NCBI RefSeq assembly: GCF_009914755.1
Contig: NC_060934.1
DNA from: the human T2T-CHM13v2.0 reference genome, Homo sapiens
Strand: one strand, 5' to 3'
DNA: 64,000 bases
Shown here: positions 27,213 to 41,799 of the stretch, piece by piece
How the letters are laid out: every line of letters begins with the position of its first letter
How positions within the stretch are numbered: position 1 is the stretch's first letter
The notes under the pieces: model-generated
What the model saw: only the letters and a program-made list of their open reading frames with translations
Told to the model about the DNA's origin: nothing
Database searches by the model: none
Position numbers and translations under genes: made by a program

Positions 27213-30200
27213 CCATCACAGAAGTTTTCAGCAATTAACAAAGGAGATTGCGGTGGGTTTCAGCAGGGCAGGCTAAAAAGTTCTTATGCCATTCCCTGAG
27301 TCATTGATGAGTCTGCAGGCCACCGCCACCCAGGGAAAATGCTATTAAGAACTCAGGAGTGGAGGGGGAAGGCTGCAAGTCACAAGCTTCCACTAATTGC
27401 CATCCTCTTGATTTGATTTTCTCTAAACTTTAAGTTAGGATGACAGCCCACTGGAAAAATCACAAGGTGCTTTCCATTTGTAACCTTTACATAAGAAGGA
27501 TCTTAACATGTGAAAAATTTTAGGAAAACTGCAATTAAGGAGGCCTGAACTCAGAAAGGAAGAGAGAAATAAAGAGAGCATCCTCAGCGGCAAAATGTCA
27601 AGCATGTGGGTTCTGCAGTGGAACAGGCTTTTGTCTCTTACAGACTAGGCCTATAATTAAGAGATTGGGGTGTGAGCCCAGGCGGCTGCGATTAGCAAGT
27701 GTGACTGCCTGTTGCTGTTACCCATAACATCTCTGCAGCTTCATCCAAACAAGTACAGAGGGCTAATCACATTAACACTAATAATAGTAATAGAGTTAAG
27801 AGAACAGACACAAAGCAACAGATAAACAGTCCCTTCTTCCCCACCTAATAGCACCTCTCTTTTCCTTTCCTTCTCCTTGGCTCCGAGTTCTGATTTGAGA
27901 CCCGGCCCTGCATTTTCACGGTGGCATCAGTGGTCAGCTGTGGCGCAGGGGTGGCTCTGAACAGCTCTGCCCTGGGCTGCGTCTCTGCCAGCCATGACTC
28001 AGGTAGTGCCACACAGCAGTGAAGCATTTGATCTTTTCTACTGGCTCTTTCATTTGCAGAAGGGGCAGGGAACACACAAAATGAAAAGCGTGTCTTGGAG
28101 CAAGAGGCCGTGACAAGGGAATGAAACCAAGAAGCCCGCAGGTCACACAGCAGGCAGGCGGCCGCTTCCCGTGGGTGTGCAGAGCTGATGTGCAGAGACG
28201 TATTGATCCTCCGTGCTCTGTCTCACCGGCGAGGCAGTCACGGTCTGCATATTAACACACAGCCTCAGCTGCCTCCAGTGGACGGCAACATTTTGGTCCC
28301 AGAACACTGAGAGCAAGGGTAGTATCTGGTTAAGATAAAGGAAACTGCATCGGCCTCGATTGTACCCAGCAAGAATTGAGGTAAAGTTTCTGAAACTTAA
28401 TTCCATGGAATCCCGAGAGACCAATTGAAACCAAAATCTGTAAACAGACTGGTTGCCACCAGTTAAAGTGATTGTCTCCATATATTGGCAAAATTAAAGA
28501 AAAAATGTGTTTGCATTTTCTGTTGAATAAAACACGTCGTGATATTCAATTCAGATCTTTTTTGCCTCTTAATATATTTTAAGGAATAAAAAAAGAGAAA
28601 ATCCTAAGTGGATTTCTTTAATTCATGGAGATTTTTTTCCTCCATAACTCACAAAGTTTGTGTTTCTGGAAAACATGATTTGCGTACAGTCATTTCCAGC
28701 TATAGGTGTGACCGGCAATGTTAACAACATAATTATATGGCGCAACAGAATTTCAATAACTCAGTACAATTCAGTAACGCATGCACCCGGTGTTTACCTG
28801 ATAGAACCAGATCCTCTCCCATCACACATTAATGGGTGTTCTTTTGGTCTGGGTGGGGCAGCTAAATACACATTTGAGGACAATGACTGTCTCTGCAAAA
28901 CTTCAAAATACTCTTGGCATTCGTTATTTTGACAACAGCAAGTGGCATGGTTTGAACCAGTTTTTCTTTTGACAACTGGAGGACTGACATTAGTTGTTTC
29001 TAACTGAAAATAAAAGTCAATTCCTTGAGGCAAGTTTCTGCAAATTTAATGTAATCTCCTGGCATATGCTTTGTAATCCCTCCAGCCAATCGGTGATAGT
29101 GGTGACACCTAGGGAGGGCTAGGGTGCTTAGGCCACAGCTAATTCTGGATGAAACTGAAAGAGAAGGCTAAAGAGCAAAGGCTAGGAATGATGGGATTCT
29201 AGATGACAGGTGTGTCCTGTGCAGGCAGAGCTTAGAGCTGCTGTGGACAGGTGAAGCTAAGACAGACAGAAACCAGGGGCACCATCCATTGCGAGACGCT
29301 GCAGGGACAGAATCAAGGACACCGGATTGGGTGGGGTGGCTATGGTTATGCATCATTCCCAATGGCCAAGGATGGTGACTTGATGGCCAGGTAGAGAAGC
29401 AAGCAGTGGGTGCAGGTGGGCCATGGCCACGAAGGTCAAGGTCAAGGACAAAGTGGGGTGGGGGCTAGTGGAAATGGCACTGCCTGGAGCAAGCCCTTCC
29501 TTGGGTATCGTTAAAAACTCACAGCTGCAACAGAGAGTGACATAAAACCCTGACTGATTGAATATTTTTGTTCTATATAGTTTGTGGTGTTTAGTCACAG
29601 ACTGAAAGCAGACACCCAGGCTGGACTACCACAGACTACGATGCGTGCATCCTGGTGTCTCTGTCTGCATCTGTATATTGGAGTAAAGGGTGAATCAGGG
29701 ACACATACCACTAAAAATATATGAAAAAGAAAAGAAAATATCAGTAGCAAGAGATGCTGTCTTTCAATGGAAAAAGCCAGAAAGTTCCCTTGAAAAGAAA
29801 CTTGAGATCAATATCTCTTAAAATGTCGTATTGCTAATACGTGCCCAGTATCACTTCAAGTATGTACTGTAGTGCAGTTTTCAAGGCCCTAGGATGTAGC
29901 AAACCGTACTTGTTGGGAAGTGTGCCCCAATGTCCATTGTTCACTACTGGCCATAGTGAGCTTTTTGCAGTTGAAAACTCTGCCTTGGTCCACCACACGG
30001 ATGCTGTGAGGGCAAAACTCAGGCTCAACGGAATTTTCCCGACTTCATCAGGCTTAACCTCAAGCCAACTCACTCAAAGGAGATCATTTACAAACTATGC
30101 TCCAGGGCTCTCAGGTGCTCCACGGTGGGCCTGGGGGATATTTCGGGGTCTGCATACATGTAGAAGGGGACAGGTTGCGGGGAGAGGAGGAGCTGGCTGG

Positions 30201-31969
30201 GTTCCAGGGCCCATCAGCATGACCCCTGTCACGTAATTTAGATATTACACTTTTTGGTAAGATTGATGTGAAAGAAAGAGTTTCGTAGCTTCAAAAACAT
30301 TTGAAAATGTGTTCTAACCTTCAGCCATTGTTTTCTCTTAGACTCAGTCCCTCCTTGGGTAGTATTGGGTTGGTTTTCTATTGCCTTAGGGGAAATTTTT
30401 AATGATCAGATCAATTTTTCTGCATCTTCCATTAAATTGATCATACAATTAGAGGTCAACATGGACAGTGGTCAGACTGAGTTTATTTGAGGCTTGAATG
30501 ATAAGTTATTTAAATTTATTTTGCTGTTTTCAGCCCTACTCTCTAATGTAACCAGTGTTAACAAGGGATGGTGGTGCTTTGAATGAATGTAATTACCCCC
30601 AAAAATTACCGATCCACAAAATAAAAATTAACAAAGATATAAATGCACACACTTTTTAAAATTGTACTTAGATATGAAATTCAGCTGAAGTTTAAAATAA
30701 GAGCAGCTGATATAAAATGTAATTCAATACATAGAATGGATATTGTACTCACTTCTGTTCCATGTTATTAGGCTTAAAGGTATTTCAGAGAAAATAGTTC
30801 AAGAAATAAACTAAAGACAGAAAACAAAGGGTAAGAGGGAGAGGTGAGATAGAAAGAAAGAAGTGAAGGAAAATAAAGGCTCAGGAAATTCAGAGATGAA
30901 TGTTACTTTCAATATCCTGCTGTTCACTGGGGCATTGGTGTCAGAGTGACTTATCATCTGTTGTCGTGGAACTTTGACAGGTCAATTCATCACCATCTAA
31001 CAAGGCTCCTGAACTTCTTTTAGGAGCCTGGAGAGGTTCAGCTCTGAATGGTATGCCAGGAGTAGCCCCCTTGGTAGAAAAACTGTATTTTTGGAAGCTG
31101 CTTGGATGAAAAACTCTGTCCCCGGGTACACCAGCTTAAGATCTGACCAGGGATGAATTCTAATACCTGGGAAAAAAAGGTTCCTGTTTTAAGAAAAGGC
31201 TCAGCTTATTTCTACATAGACTTTAAATTATTTCTAAATGGGTTATCTAAGGTATTGTGTACTAACAAACAGTTTGTTCTCTAAATAGTTAAAACATTTT
31301 CCTGGCTTAGAAGTTTTTGTTTACTTAGCAAGTGCTTTGATTATAGGTACTAGGAAGGTCGGTACAATGTAGTCTCAATCTCTGTTATTGCAAATTCTGA
31401 TTGAATATACTGAGAATGATTCAGTGTTTAGAATATGGTAAATGGCTCACTGTTGCTCAAGATCTACAGAGTTGCTGCACTATCTGCATGCCCAGAATGC
31501 ACCGTCTCCCCTTGTGTTTTGTCTTGGTCCATAGAGGTTGATATTTGGGTACCTTTCATTTTCCTCTTCTTCATGGCCCATGTCTTCATGGCCTTGCTAT
31601 CTGGAAATATCAAGAATGATACACGTAGATGGATGCAAACTAACTTTTCCATGATACCTCACCTGGAGAAAACCATTGGAAATCATTGTGTCCTCCCATG
31701 TGAAGGGGAGAAAAGTTTGAAGAACATTGACAGGGTCCAGAAAAGAAGGAAAACATTAAAAACTAAAAAAGTAGATAAAGTATAATTAAATATGATGACT
31801 GATTATGGTTAAACCTGGGAGGTAAAGAGGTAAAGACGGGGTTGTTATTTCTAGTATCTAAAATATTTTAGAGAAGAAGTTGGACGTTGTGATGCCATGC
31901 AAAGGACCAAACCTCCTTCTTGAACTGCAGCAGGAGAGAGTCTGGGTAAGCACAGGAGGAGATGCTTAA

Positions 31970-32259
<290 letters not shown>

Positions 32260-33226
32260 AAAACAGCCTTTTAAAGCCTCTAAATTAGGATTTAAAAATG
32301 ACACAGAGACCTAGATGACAGCAGCTTCTTCATGCTCCTTCTAGGTTTGCCATTTTTATTATTTATGAGTTGTATGTGATTATTTCCAAACAAAGGGATA
32401 TGAGGGGTTTGTTCTTTGCCAATATAGGGTTTTTGATGACTACAAAGGAATTGAGATTAGTGGGATTCAAATTCTGTAAAAGTCACTACCTCCCTGGGTA
32501 TCGTTAACACTTCCCTATCACATATGTGTTAGGATGAGTGTTTAAAGAGGATGCTAGATTTGGTAGACATGCATTGCTTTTGCCTTTTTAGCCTTCATCC
32601 CTCCCTTTGCTGGCAGTCAGAGCTGCTGCTTCTTCACCCTTGCTCCATGGGCTTTGGACGTGTCTAATTCCAGCTTACTTCCAAGACTCTGCATGTAACT
32701 AAGAGCTCATTCTCTTGGGCATATGGTACAACCCATTGCTATTCTACTAACTATCATGGCTTTCGCAGGGACAATCAGGGGATGAGCATTCTCTCATGGG
32801 GCTGCCAAGTGACTGTCTGAATCTTCTGGTAGCCGTCTCTCTACTAGGATATCAGACCAAAGAACTAATCTACTCGGAAGAAAGAGATAGGAAGATTGAT
32901 CTATTCCCAGTAACATCATTTGAGCCCTTAGATTCAGTTGTGACTGAAAACAATTCTACTCCTGAAATTGGTAGCTTCTACATCTATCTATCTCCTACCC
33001 AGGTTTTTTTGTTTGTTTTGCTTTTATGTGCTTCTATCAATTTAAGCTGGATTTTTTATCATTTGTGTTGGATATTCTTAATAAACAGACTGCATTTCAA
33101 AAGAAATCCTAGTATATTTTAAAGTATACTTTTTAAATGCTAGGATGGCTAAAAGAATCTATAAATCAACTCATTAGACAAATAGGTGAAAAAACTGGGC
33201 ATCTTTGGTTTAGGAAAGAAAGGATC

Positions 33227-33525
<299 letters not shown>

Positions 33526-34734
33526 TCAGAGTACACATGTTGTCCTCAGCTATTTTAAGCGGTGTTATCTAGAAGAGGGAGAAGACGTGCTGTGGAGCCC
33601 CCAGTCGTGTGTAGTAACATCACTAGAGTGATTCAGGTAAGACCTGGTGACAGGGAGTGTTGCCAAGGAAGAGATGCCTTCTCAGGGCAGCATTAAGGGC
33701 TAAACAGCTCTAAAGTATTTTGAAGTTGACCAGCCTGACTCAATAATTTGAGCTGAGAATTCCACTGTGATGCTTCATGCTAACAATATCATCTACAAGG
33801 ATGGCTTACCAAGAAAACTCAAACTCACTCCGCAGGGGTGAAGATGGGGGAGGAAGAGGTTAAAGGCCAAGTGAGAAAAGATTGAATTTTGAACAGTTTT
33901 CTGAAATGCTGCCATTGATTTATTAGTTATATCTGGGAGTAATTTACATCCAACCCAATTTCCCCATGGCTTAAAGCCACTCAAGAAAGTTCACATACCT
34001 GTTACACAAACTGTTGCATTCTAAAGTCATAGGCGATGCTTGTTGAGAAGTCCACAGAAGTGATAGCAACTACATAAAATAATGTCCACCAGAGAGTTGA
34101 ATTTTTAAGAAATAAAATTTTGAATGAATAGACTTCTATAGAGTTTGGATAAAAGTCTCAAGAATTGGGTGAATTTATTGGCTATCAGCTCCCTGCAATA
34201 ACCTCAAAATATCTTAATTATGAAAATGTGATGAATCTTATTATTTCAGTGGGTGATAAGACATTCAGAATTATTTCCATAAAAATAAGAATTATGGCAG
34301 CAAAACATTTATTCAATTGTTCTGGCTTACTACATGGTAGGCTAGTGGCTAAGATTTGTAACAGATACAACAAATACGAATAACTTTTTAGAAAAATAAA
34401 GATTTAATAGATGTGTTTTGTAAACAGTATGTAAGTAGATGTAGAAGATATGCTGTCTGATGTGAGAAGGAGCTGAAGGATCATTGAAGGCCGCCTCCTG
34501 TGTTGGCCCCACTTTATTAATGAATGTACTGAGACTGGGGCTCCATTGACTTTCCTGAGGTCACATAACTGATAAATGATCAAACAGTTGTAGGACCAGT
34601 TTCCAACAACACCGATCTTCGACATAAAAATCCTGAATTTTGGGATGGCGGAGTTGTTCTTCAAACTCAGCCTGTCTTCTCTATTTCTGTTCTGACTGTC
34701 TTAGTAATAATAGTAGATACAACTTATATGGTGC

Positions 34735-35132
34735 TGTCCTAGAATGCTAGGGTTGCCAAAACAAAATGGCTCAACCTGGGTGGCTCAAACAATAGAAACT
34801 TAGTGTGTCACAGTCTGGAAGCTAGAAGTCCATGCTCAAGATGCTGTCAGAGTTAGTATCTGGTAGGGCCTCTTCCTTTGGGTTGCAGACAGCCACCTTC
34901 TCCCTGTGAATTCAAAAGGCCATTTGCCTGTGTGCAAGGAGAAAGAGAGAGACAGAGAGATCTCCGATGTCTCTTTCTCTTCTTATAAGAGTACTTGTTC
35001 TATCAGATTATGGCCCCACCTTACGGCTCAATTAACCTTAATTACCTCCCTAAATTACCTAACTCCAGTTACATTGGGGTTTAGGGCTTCTCACATATAA
35101 ATTTTGGAAGTGACACAATTCAGTATATAAAA
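34735..35132 (-). mobile_element. MLT1A-like MaLR LTR within a MIR
   Basis: ctgggtggctcaaacaatagaaact...ctggaagctagaagtcca...gacacaattcag; MIR resumes near 35270. Confidence 0.75.
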
Positions 35133-36641
35133 AGCACCTGGTGTTTCAGACACTGATTAGCGGGTTTTTTTTTTTAATTTACTAACTTACATACTGCTAA
35201 GCAAATTACAAATTAATTTATGAAATTGATAGTTAATTAATAAATTACTAATTGAATTATGACAATATCTATTGTTATCCCCACTTACAGGTGAGAAAAC
35301 GGAGGCATAGAGCATTCTAATAACTTGCTTATGGTCTTGTGGAGGGTTGAGCCAGGTTTTGGGTCGTCATATCAGTCCAGTCCGGAGTCCAGGTGTGCTC
35401 ACCCCCTGCCTATCTGACCTCTCTTTACCCCTCTTTTGTGGTGTGGTCTATCACAACAGATCCTAGGGCTCGGCCTATTCGGCAGACTCCAGAGGAAGTT
35501 AGTTTCCTAACGTGAGCTCTCACGGGGTGAATCCATCTGTTCGTGGCCCCATTTTCACAACACGGTAGAATGAATGGTAGGCCCACATTCCAGCTCCATC
35601 AGCCTGCCTAGCAACCCTTGCCCATCATCCACAAGGCTGCCCCGTCCACAAGGCAAGCTCCCGCCAGGTCCTCTCCAGCCCCAGCCCCATTTCTGAACGT
35701 GGATCATTCTCCAAACATCCCGCACGCTGCTCCCCCAGTCCGCACATCCTCCTCTCCCTTCTTTTCCAGGCGTGGTGTCTCCCTTCCTTGACAGATTTTA
35801 TCAAGATTCAGGGAGCACAAACCACACTGTCTTTGCTGTGCCCACCCACTGCTCTCTCCATACTTGCTCGGAATATCTGATGCACTGCACCTTTATGACT
35901 CATTTACATCTTATTCATCATCTTTTCAACTTTAGACAGAGACTTCCTGGAGGGCAAAGGCTGTGTGAATGTTATTTTTGAATGCCTAGTTCCCAAATTC
36001 AAGCTGGAATATACTTGACCGTCAATATTTGTTGAATGAATGGTTGCCCAAGTGTTATGGTCTGTGTTGAATGCATTTTTTTTGTAGCTAACATGAGGAA
36101 AGCCAATTGGAATTCAATTTTGTTGACATCTTCCTATTAGCCAGAAGCAGGAATAGAATCCATCTCTGTTGAGGTCCCTGAGGGCAAGGCAAGTAGCTCC
36201 TCTTGACGTGTGTCACTGGATAAACAGAACTCTAGTAAAGAGTTTGCTCATTTTTAAAAGTGAGAAGAGTTGCTCAGTTGTTCTAAAAATATTGTGTCCT
36301 TATTACCATTGCCTTTGGAATATATTTGTTCTGTTATTTATCTCAGAAATAATTCTACCTCTAGAATACATGCAACACAGTTCTATAGCAGAAGTAATAA
36401 TACACAATTGCAGGGTCATGTTCATGTATAGAAAACCGAAATCTGTATCTATGGCATGCAATTGATGAATGTCCTCTCCACATGAATTTTATTGGCAAAT
36501 AGTAATAATTGATAGCTGGGCAGTTCTCTACTTTTCCAAGCATTCTCATCTTTTTTTTTTTTTATTCTCAGAGAAATATGTGAGGTCTTTGGGCAGGTGG
36601 GGCTTTGTTCTTCCATTCTACCTGTAAAGAAGCCAGGACTG

Positions 36642-36713
36642 AAAGAGCTTTTTACAGATCATGGAGCCAGTCTTGGATTAAAGAGCTTTACAGATCATGG
36701 AGCCAGTCTTGGA
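36642..36713 (+). repeat. ~36-38-bp tandem duplication
   Basis: aaagagcttt(tt)acagatcatggagccagtcttgga twice. Confidence 0.92.
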
Positions 36714-39700
36714 ACCTCAGTGAGACTTTGCTTCCTCTACACAAAGCTTCCCTCATTCATGTAAAGCAAATCATAGAATTTCCCTTGCTTTAGAAATATA
36801 TTAAGCTCTTAAAGATAAAATTCATATACAGAAAATGCATAATTTCAAAATGATTAGAAAATAAATGGCTATATTGATAAAGATGTGAAACAAAGTAATA
36901 CTCTTGTTCAGAAAATTGACACCAAAAATTTAGTTTCTATTAGATAAAGTAATGGGTGAGAATAATAATTTTGAACTTGTTTTTACCATCATTTAAAGAG
37001 GATCCAAAATGTTGGTCAGCAATGCCTTCATTCACTCATTTATGCAACTTTGTCATGCTATGAGCAATGGCACTTTACACATGGAAAATGCACTTGTTTC
37101 ATGTATTTAAAAACCTCCCTGTACACCAAGGTGTAGCAAATATCACATGTGTAATCCATGAGGCAAGACAAAGATGAGCAGGCCGTGTAATTTGCAAAGA
37201 AAGTCAGGCTTGGTTTGTGTGCCTGATTTAAATGAATTCTAGAGAAAGGAAATCGCTCTTAGGCAGAGGAGAAGGCAGGGTGCTAATGAATAAAATGCTG
37301 GGCATCAACTTTCTTGCCTGTTGACACCATCGTCTTTTTGCCTAATGATCTCTCCCACTACCAGACCACGAACTTGGAACCCAGCAAATGTAGTAACTCC
37401 AGCGGACCATGCTGTGCCTGGCAGTCATAGAAGGCACTCGATGAATGCTTGTTAGTGAGATGGCTCATCTTACGATTGACATGAACACACCACAGAAATC
37501 CTAGCATGTGTGTGTCCTGGAAGGAGAAGAAGAAAATGGCCTCTGTGGACAGCTCCCTGCAGTCCAAAGCTACAGGTGCTTGGTGTGTTGCTTCAGTTCA
37601 ACTCTGAACAGCTCCACGAGGACAGGATGAACCTCGAGGAGGCATGAACTGCAAGAGAGGCATGAATCGCCGTGGAGCAGATTGTGGCAAGTCTGTGTTG
37701 GAGCTCAAAACTCCTCATGCTGGAGTTATGATGCATCTCTTGCAGGCCACACATGCCTCCACTCTGGACTTGGTGCTGACAGCCACAGAGACCAGGGCTT
37801 ATGCTCTTAGGACCATGGGGGAGGCTGCCCTTGCCCTCCAGGGAGACAGATATCGTGTGTTGTTTTCCCAGAGTAGAAAGAAGTGGCAACAAAATACTGA
37901 GGTCAACTTGATAATCTCACCATTCTGGTTGACAAAGATGAAAATGCAGAATTTTCAGAGTTCATCAGCAATACATTACTTTTCCTCCAAACTCACATAT
38001 TTTGTCTACAATCAAAAATTAAGAGTTAGGTGATTTTCTGAAGTAGTTGTCTGCACAATCAGAACGACAGCTCAAAAGCTCTTCGTGCCTCAATCCTAAA
38101 TTACTTAAATAAATGCTTTGACCTTTCATGGCCCGAGGCAGACCCAGCCTAATGGAAGCTTGAAGCAGGCTTCCTCTGGTCAGTGCTCACTTTCCTTTTT
38201 ATTTTTTTTAAGTCAGGTATTTGGCCCAAGTAGCCTGTGTTTTTGTGTCTGGGGTGATGTTTTAAATAATTAGTAAAGCTTATTTTCATTTGAGAAGACA
38301 GCAAATAGATGAGGGGCAAGGAAATGAAATGTGGCCAACTCTTAGTCACTCAGCCCGCTCGGCTGCAAGAAGATTAAAGCCTGGCTGGGAAGGCTTTTCG
38401 AGGTCAGAATACTCTGCAGAGAGGCTTCAATGTTTCCTTAAAACTGAAGATAAATATTCACAAGAGGCAAAGGTGATAAGAAATGTCACAGCAACCTTTG
38501 TCTTCAAGGGAGTTGCAACACAAGCCAGAGAGAACAATAATTCTCTCAAATGAGGAATCAAAAGGCTTCGTGTCTCTCTTAAAAAGCAGCTTTCTGAACA
38601 ACAGAAATTTTAGCTCCAAAGAGGCTCTGACAGATTAGAATACTCTTGGCTTATCCATGAGTGATAGAGCCTACAGACTGTGACTAAGAAGGGCTTCCGT
38701 AGATAAATATCTCTCAAGAGGTCGTTATTATCTCAAACCACTGAATTTATCCTTGTGATTTTCATTCTTAAAATCATCCACAAAAGGCAGTTTACCCATT
38801 GCAATGGCAAATTTGAGTGACTAGAAATCTGATTATCTTTGCGACCTCTAAGCCATATGTAAGAAACTCATCACATTTCTCAGATACTTATTTTATTATT
38901 AAAGTCATAGTGTTTAAAGAAGTCTTCGGGCAATTTTAGTTAGAAGCATTAGGAATGAAATCCTTCCCTTTAATAATATTTTCAATGTAACAGGCTTACT
39001 GAAAGCCAGTTAATATGAAGCGCTAGACCTCACTCACACCACCTCCCTTTAGTCACATTCTGCTTAGCATTCCACAGTGCCTCTTAGAGGGCTGGAGGAA
39101 TTCTGACCTTCCAACAGATAGGGACTCACAGAGCTAAACCCATCCAAAGAGCTAACATCTCAAAAACCTGCTGCTCACAAGATTAGTCTCTGGCTCATGG
39201 GAGGATTTTCTCTTTTCTCCGGGAATCACCCACATTTTCTTGCTGCACGGCAGGTGGTTGCACCTGCTGCGTGCTGGGGTTGTGCTTCAGGAGGTCTGTG
39301 TGGTCACCCCTTGTCACAGGCAATGGACAGTGCTGGTCTCTGCTTGCCTGCCTCTGTGCCATCCTGCCTGGCAAGCCAGGTCCCTCTGAGGACACCATGT
39401 GTATGCCTGGCACGTGCTCCCTTCCCCGTTTCCTGTGAGCAATCCCGAAGCCCTCGCTGGCACTCTACCTTCCATAGAGGCAGCACACCCTATTGAGTAT
39501 GGGGTGGCACCGGGCAGAGTGATTGCTGGTTGTGGACACCCTCCTTGGTGTGGGTCAGATGTCTTCATCCAGAACTCATTTAATAGGGTACCCTGTGGCT
39601 ACTGAAGCTTTAGTTATCAGAAAACTGGTTATCCCACTGATAGGTGTCTTACACAGCAACATATTTGTCTGTCTATATAAAGAGAACAGAAAATTTAAAA

Positions 39701-41300
39701 CACAAGTGGCAGCTTTCAGGAAAAGAGCCCAACTTGCCCCATCTGGTTTTTGGTTTTGTTTTTTAAACAGGATAGATTGGGTATTCTAGCCCTTTGAATT
39801 CATTCTTGATTTAATCTTCTTTTCACTTTTGTCTTCGTTTTCACAAATGGATATGCAGACAAGATTAGCCTGCTTTCTTAGAAGTTTCTAAGCAACTTGA
39901 GATGAATTAAAATACTACAGCCAGCCTCATGCACTCAAACCAACTTCCAGGACTTACTGCTGAATCTGCCTTAAAACTTCCTGTAATAATACGGCATTTC
40001 TTATGAAGTTTGGATCAGTGATGCCCACATTTGATTGCTAATTACAATACCTGGGGGCTTTTTTTAAATGTAGATTAATGGATGCCACTCTTGGATTTCC
40101 AATTCAATAAAATATTCGTATTTTTCTTATCACTTAGAGAAAGGGTATAATCCTTGCAAAGGTGTTCACTAGTTAGGCTCTCCTAGAAAGAATTTACTTC
40201 ATTCAAGGAAACATCTTCTTTTCTCTTTTCCTTCCTATCTTTTCCTCTATTTTTTTCTTTTTAAATATACATTTGTAAAATGCAGGTGATGTTGGAAGAA
40301 AATAAAGGACAACTTATTGCTGGTGTTTATATGAGTTTTCTCTTAAATCTATCCAATAGTTTTTTGAGATAAGCAAGATAAAGACATAACAATGGATAAG
40401 AAAACAGAAGCTCAGAGAAGTTCAATAATCACCAAAGTCACACAGCTAATGACTGGCCAAACCAAGATTCAAGACCAGGCCTGGATGATTTTTAGGGTCC
40501 TCAGTCTTTCTGCTCTGTTAAGTTGCTTCAAATATGAAGAAATTCTGAAATATTATTTAGTATTAAAATGTGATTGCTATTAGCATTTTTGATCTCATCT
40601 TTCCAATTTTTTTTTCTAAGTGTGGCCTTTTCTGTATTACATATATGATTTATAACCTGTTCACTTACTGGCATGCCCATAAACCAGATTTCCTTGTTAG
40701 GGAACCATCCTATGCTTACACAACCATTGTTGTACAATAGTCCTTGAATATTATACACAGGTTAACATGTTCTTTAAGTACTCCTAAATTGCTGGGAATT
40801 GGGTAAATTTTAGTTATCCGCTTTGAAAAGCCAGTATGCCTCTGCTGAAATCAGCTGGATTTTATTCTAGGCTGTAGAATGCTCCATGCCATGTTTCTCT
40901 TGTTTTGTCACCAGCCAGGGCTGGCTCTTCTCATGTGAATGGCATAAGTGCAAGTGGCTGGATCCAACCATGTAAGCATGCGTGGAGCCTCTACGAGTGT
41001 CCATCCTCTAGCCTTTCACTGGCCAGAGCAAGCTGTCAGCCAAATGCAAAGTTGGTGAAAAGAGGTTACCGTCTCTGTGTACACTACCAGGAGACACTGC
41101 ATATTGTATAACCTCCCATCCAGAGGAAGTGGTGCTTGGAAGCTGTGATTGTCTACAAAGCATGTTTAGAGTGGGAAGGTGATCAGAGTAGAATGCACAC
41201 TTAGGAGCAGGAGTAAGAGTCAAGCTGAAACTAATGTTGGATTAAGTTGATAATAATGAAGAACCAGAAAAGTAGAGAGATTCTGGAGCTATTTATGAAG

Positions 41301-41780
41301 TGTATCAATCAGTGTCCTGGCAGAAAACAGAAAGTACCCACAGTACAGTAAGGAGGATAATATCAGAGCTATTATCTAATATCCCCTAGAGAAACTGAAT
41401 AAGAAGAATGTTGACAATGGTTTAGGAACTGTTGAAAGAGCCAACAGGGGTAGGGAAGCACCAAAGACAAGCACTAGACTTCATGACCCCTTAGCCTGTT
41501 GTGGGCTTTGATGGCACCCACTCATGGCCACAACCACGGAGAAGGGTCTGTTTATAGGGCTGGGGATGAAGGCACCAGTACTGTCAGGCCATGGCCCAGC
41601 AGAGAGATGGGAGTGGGATGAACACCCCCACCCTCTCCTTCCATGCCTGTTTTAGGCTGTGTTCATCAAGGAGGCCAAGAAGACACAGCCCATGGAGGCA
41701 AACGTCTCAGAGCACAGAACAGAGCAGAAAGCAGTGGGAAATGGATTTGGAGGAACATGAAGAAGATCACCGGCAAAATT
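41301..41780 (-). mobile_element. ERVL-class 3' LTR (LTR67B-like)
   Basis: tgtatcaatcagtgtcctggcagaaaacaga...gagccaacagggg...gaagcacca resembles the reverse complement of recalled LTR67B. Confidence 0.55.
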
Positions 41781-41799
41781 GTCCTTATTACTAATTAGT

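Noticed and set aside
37593-38033. Possible processed pseudogene
   Set aside because: No recognisable homology, poly(A) tail or TSD.
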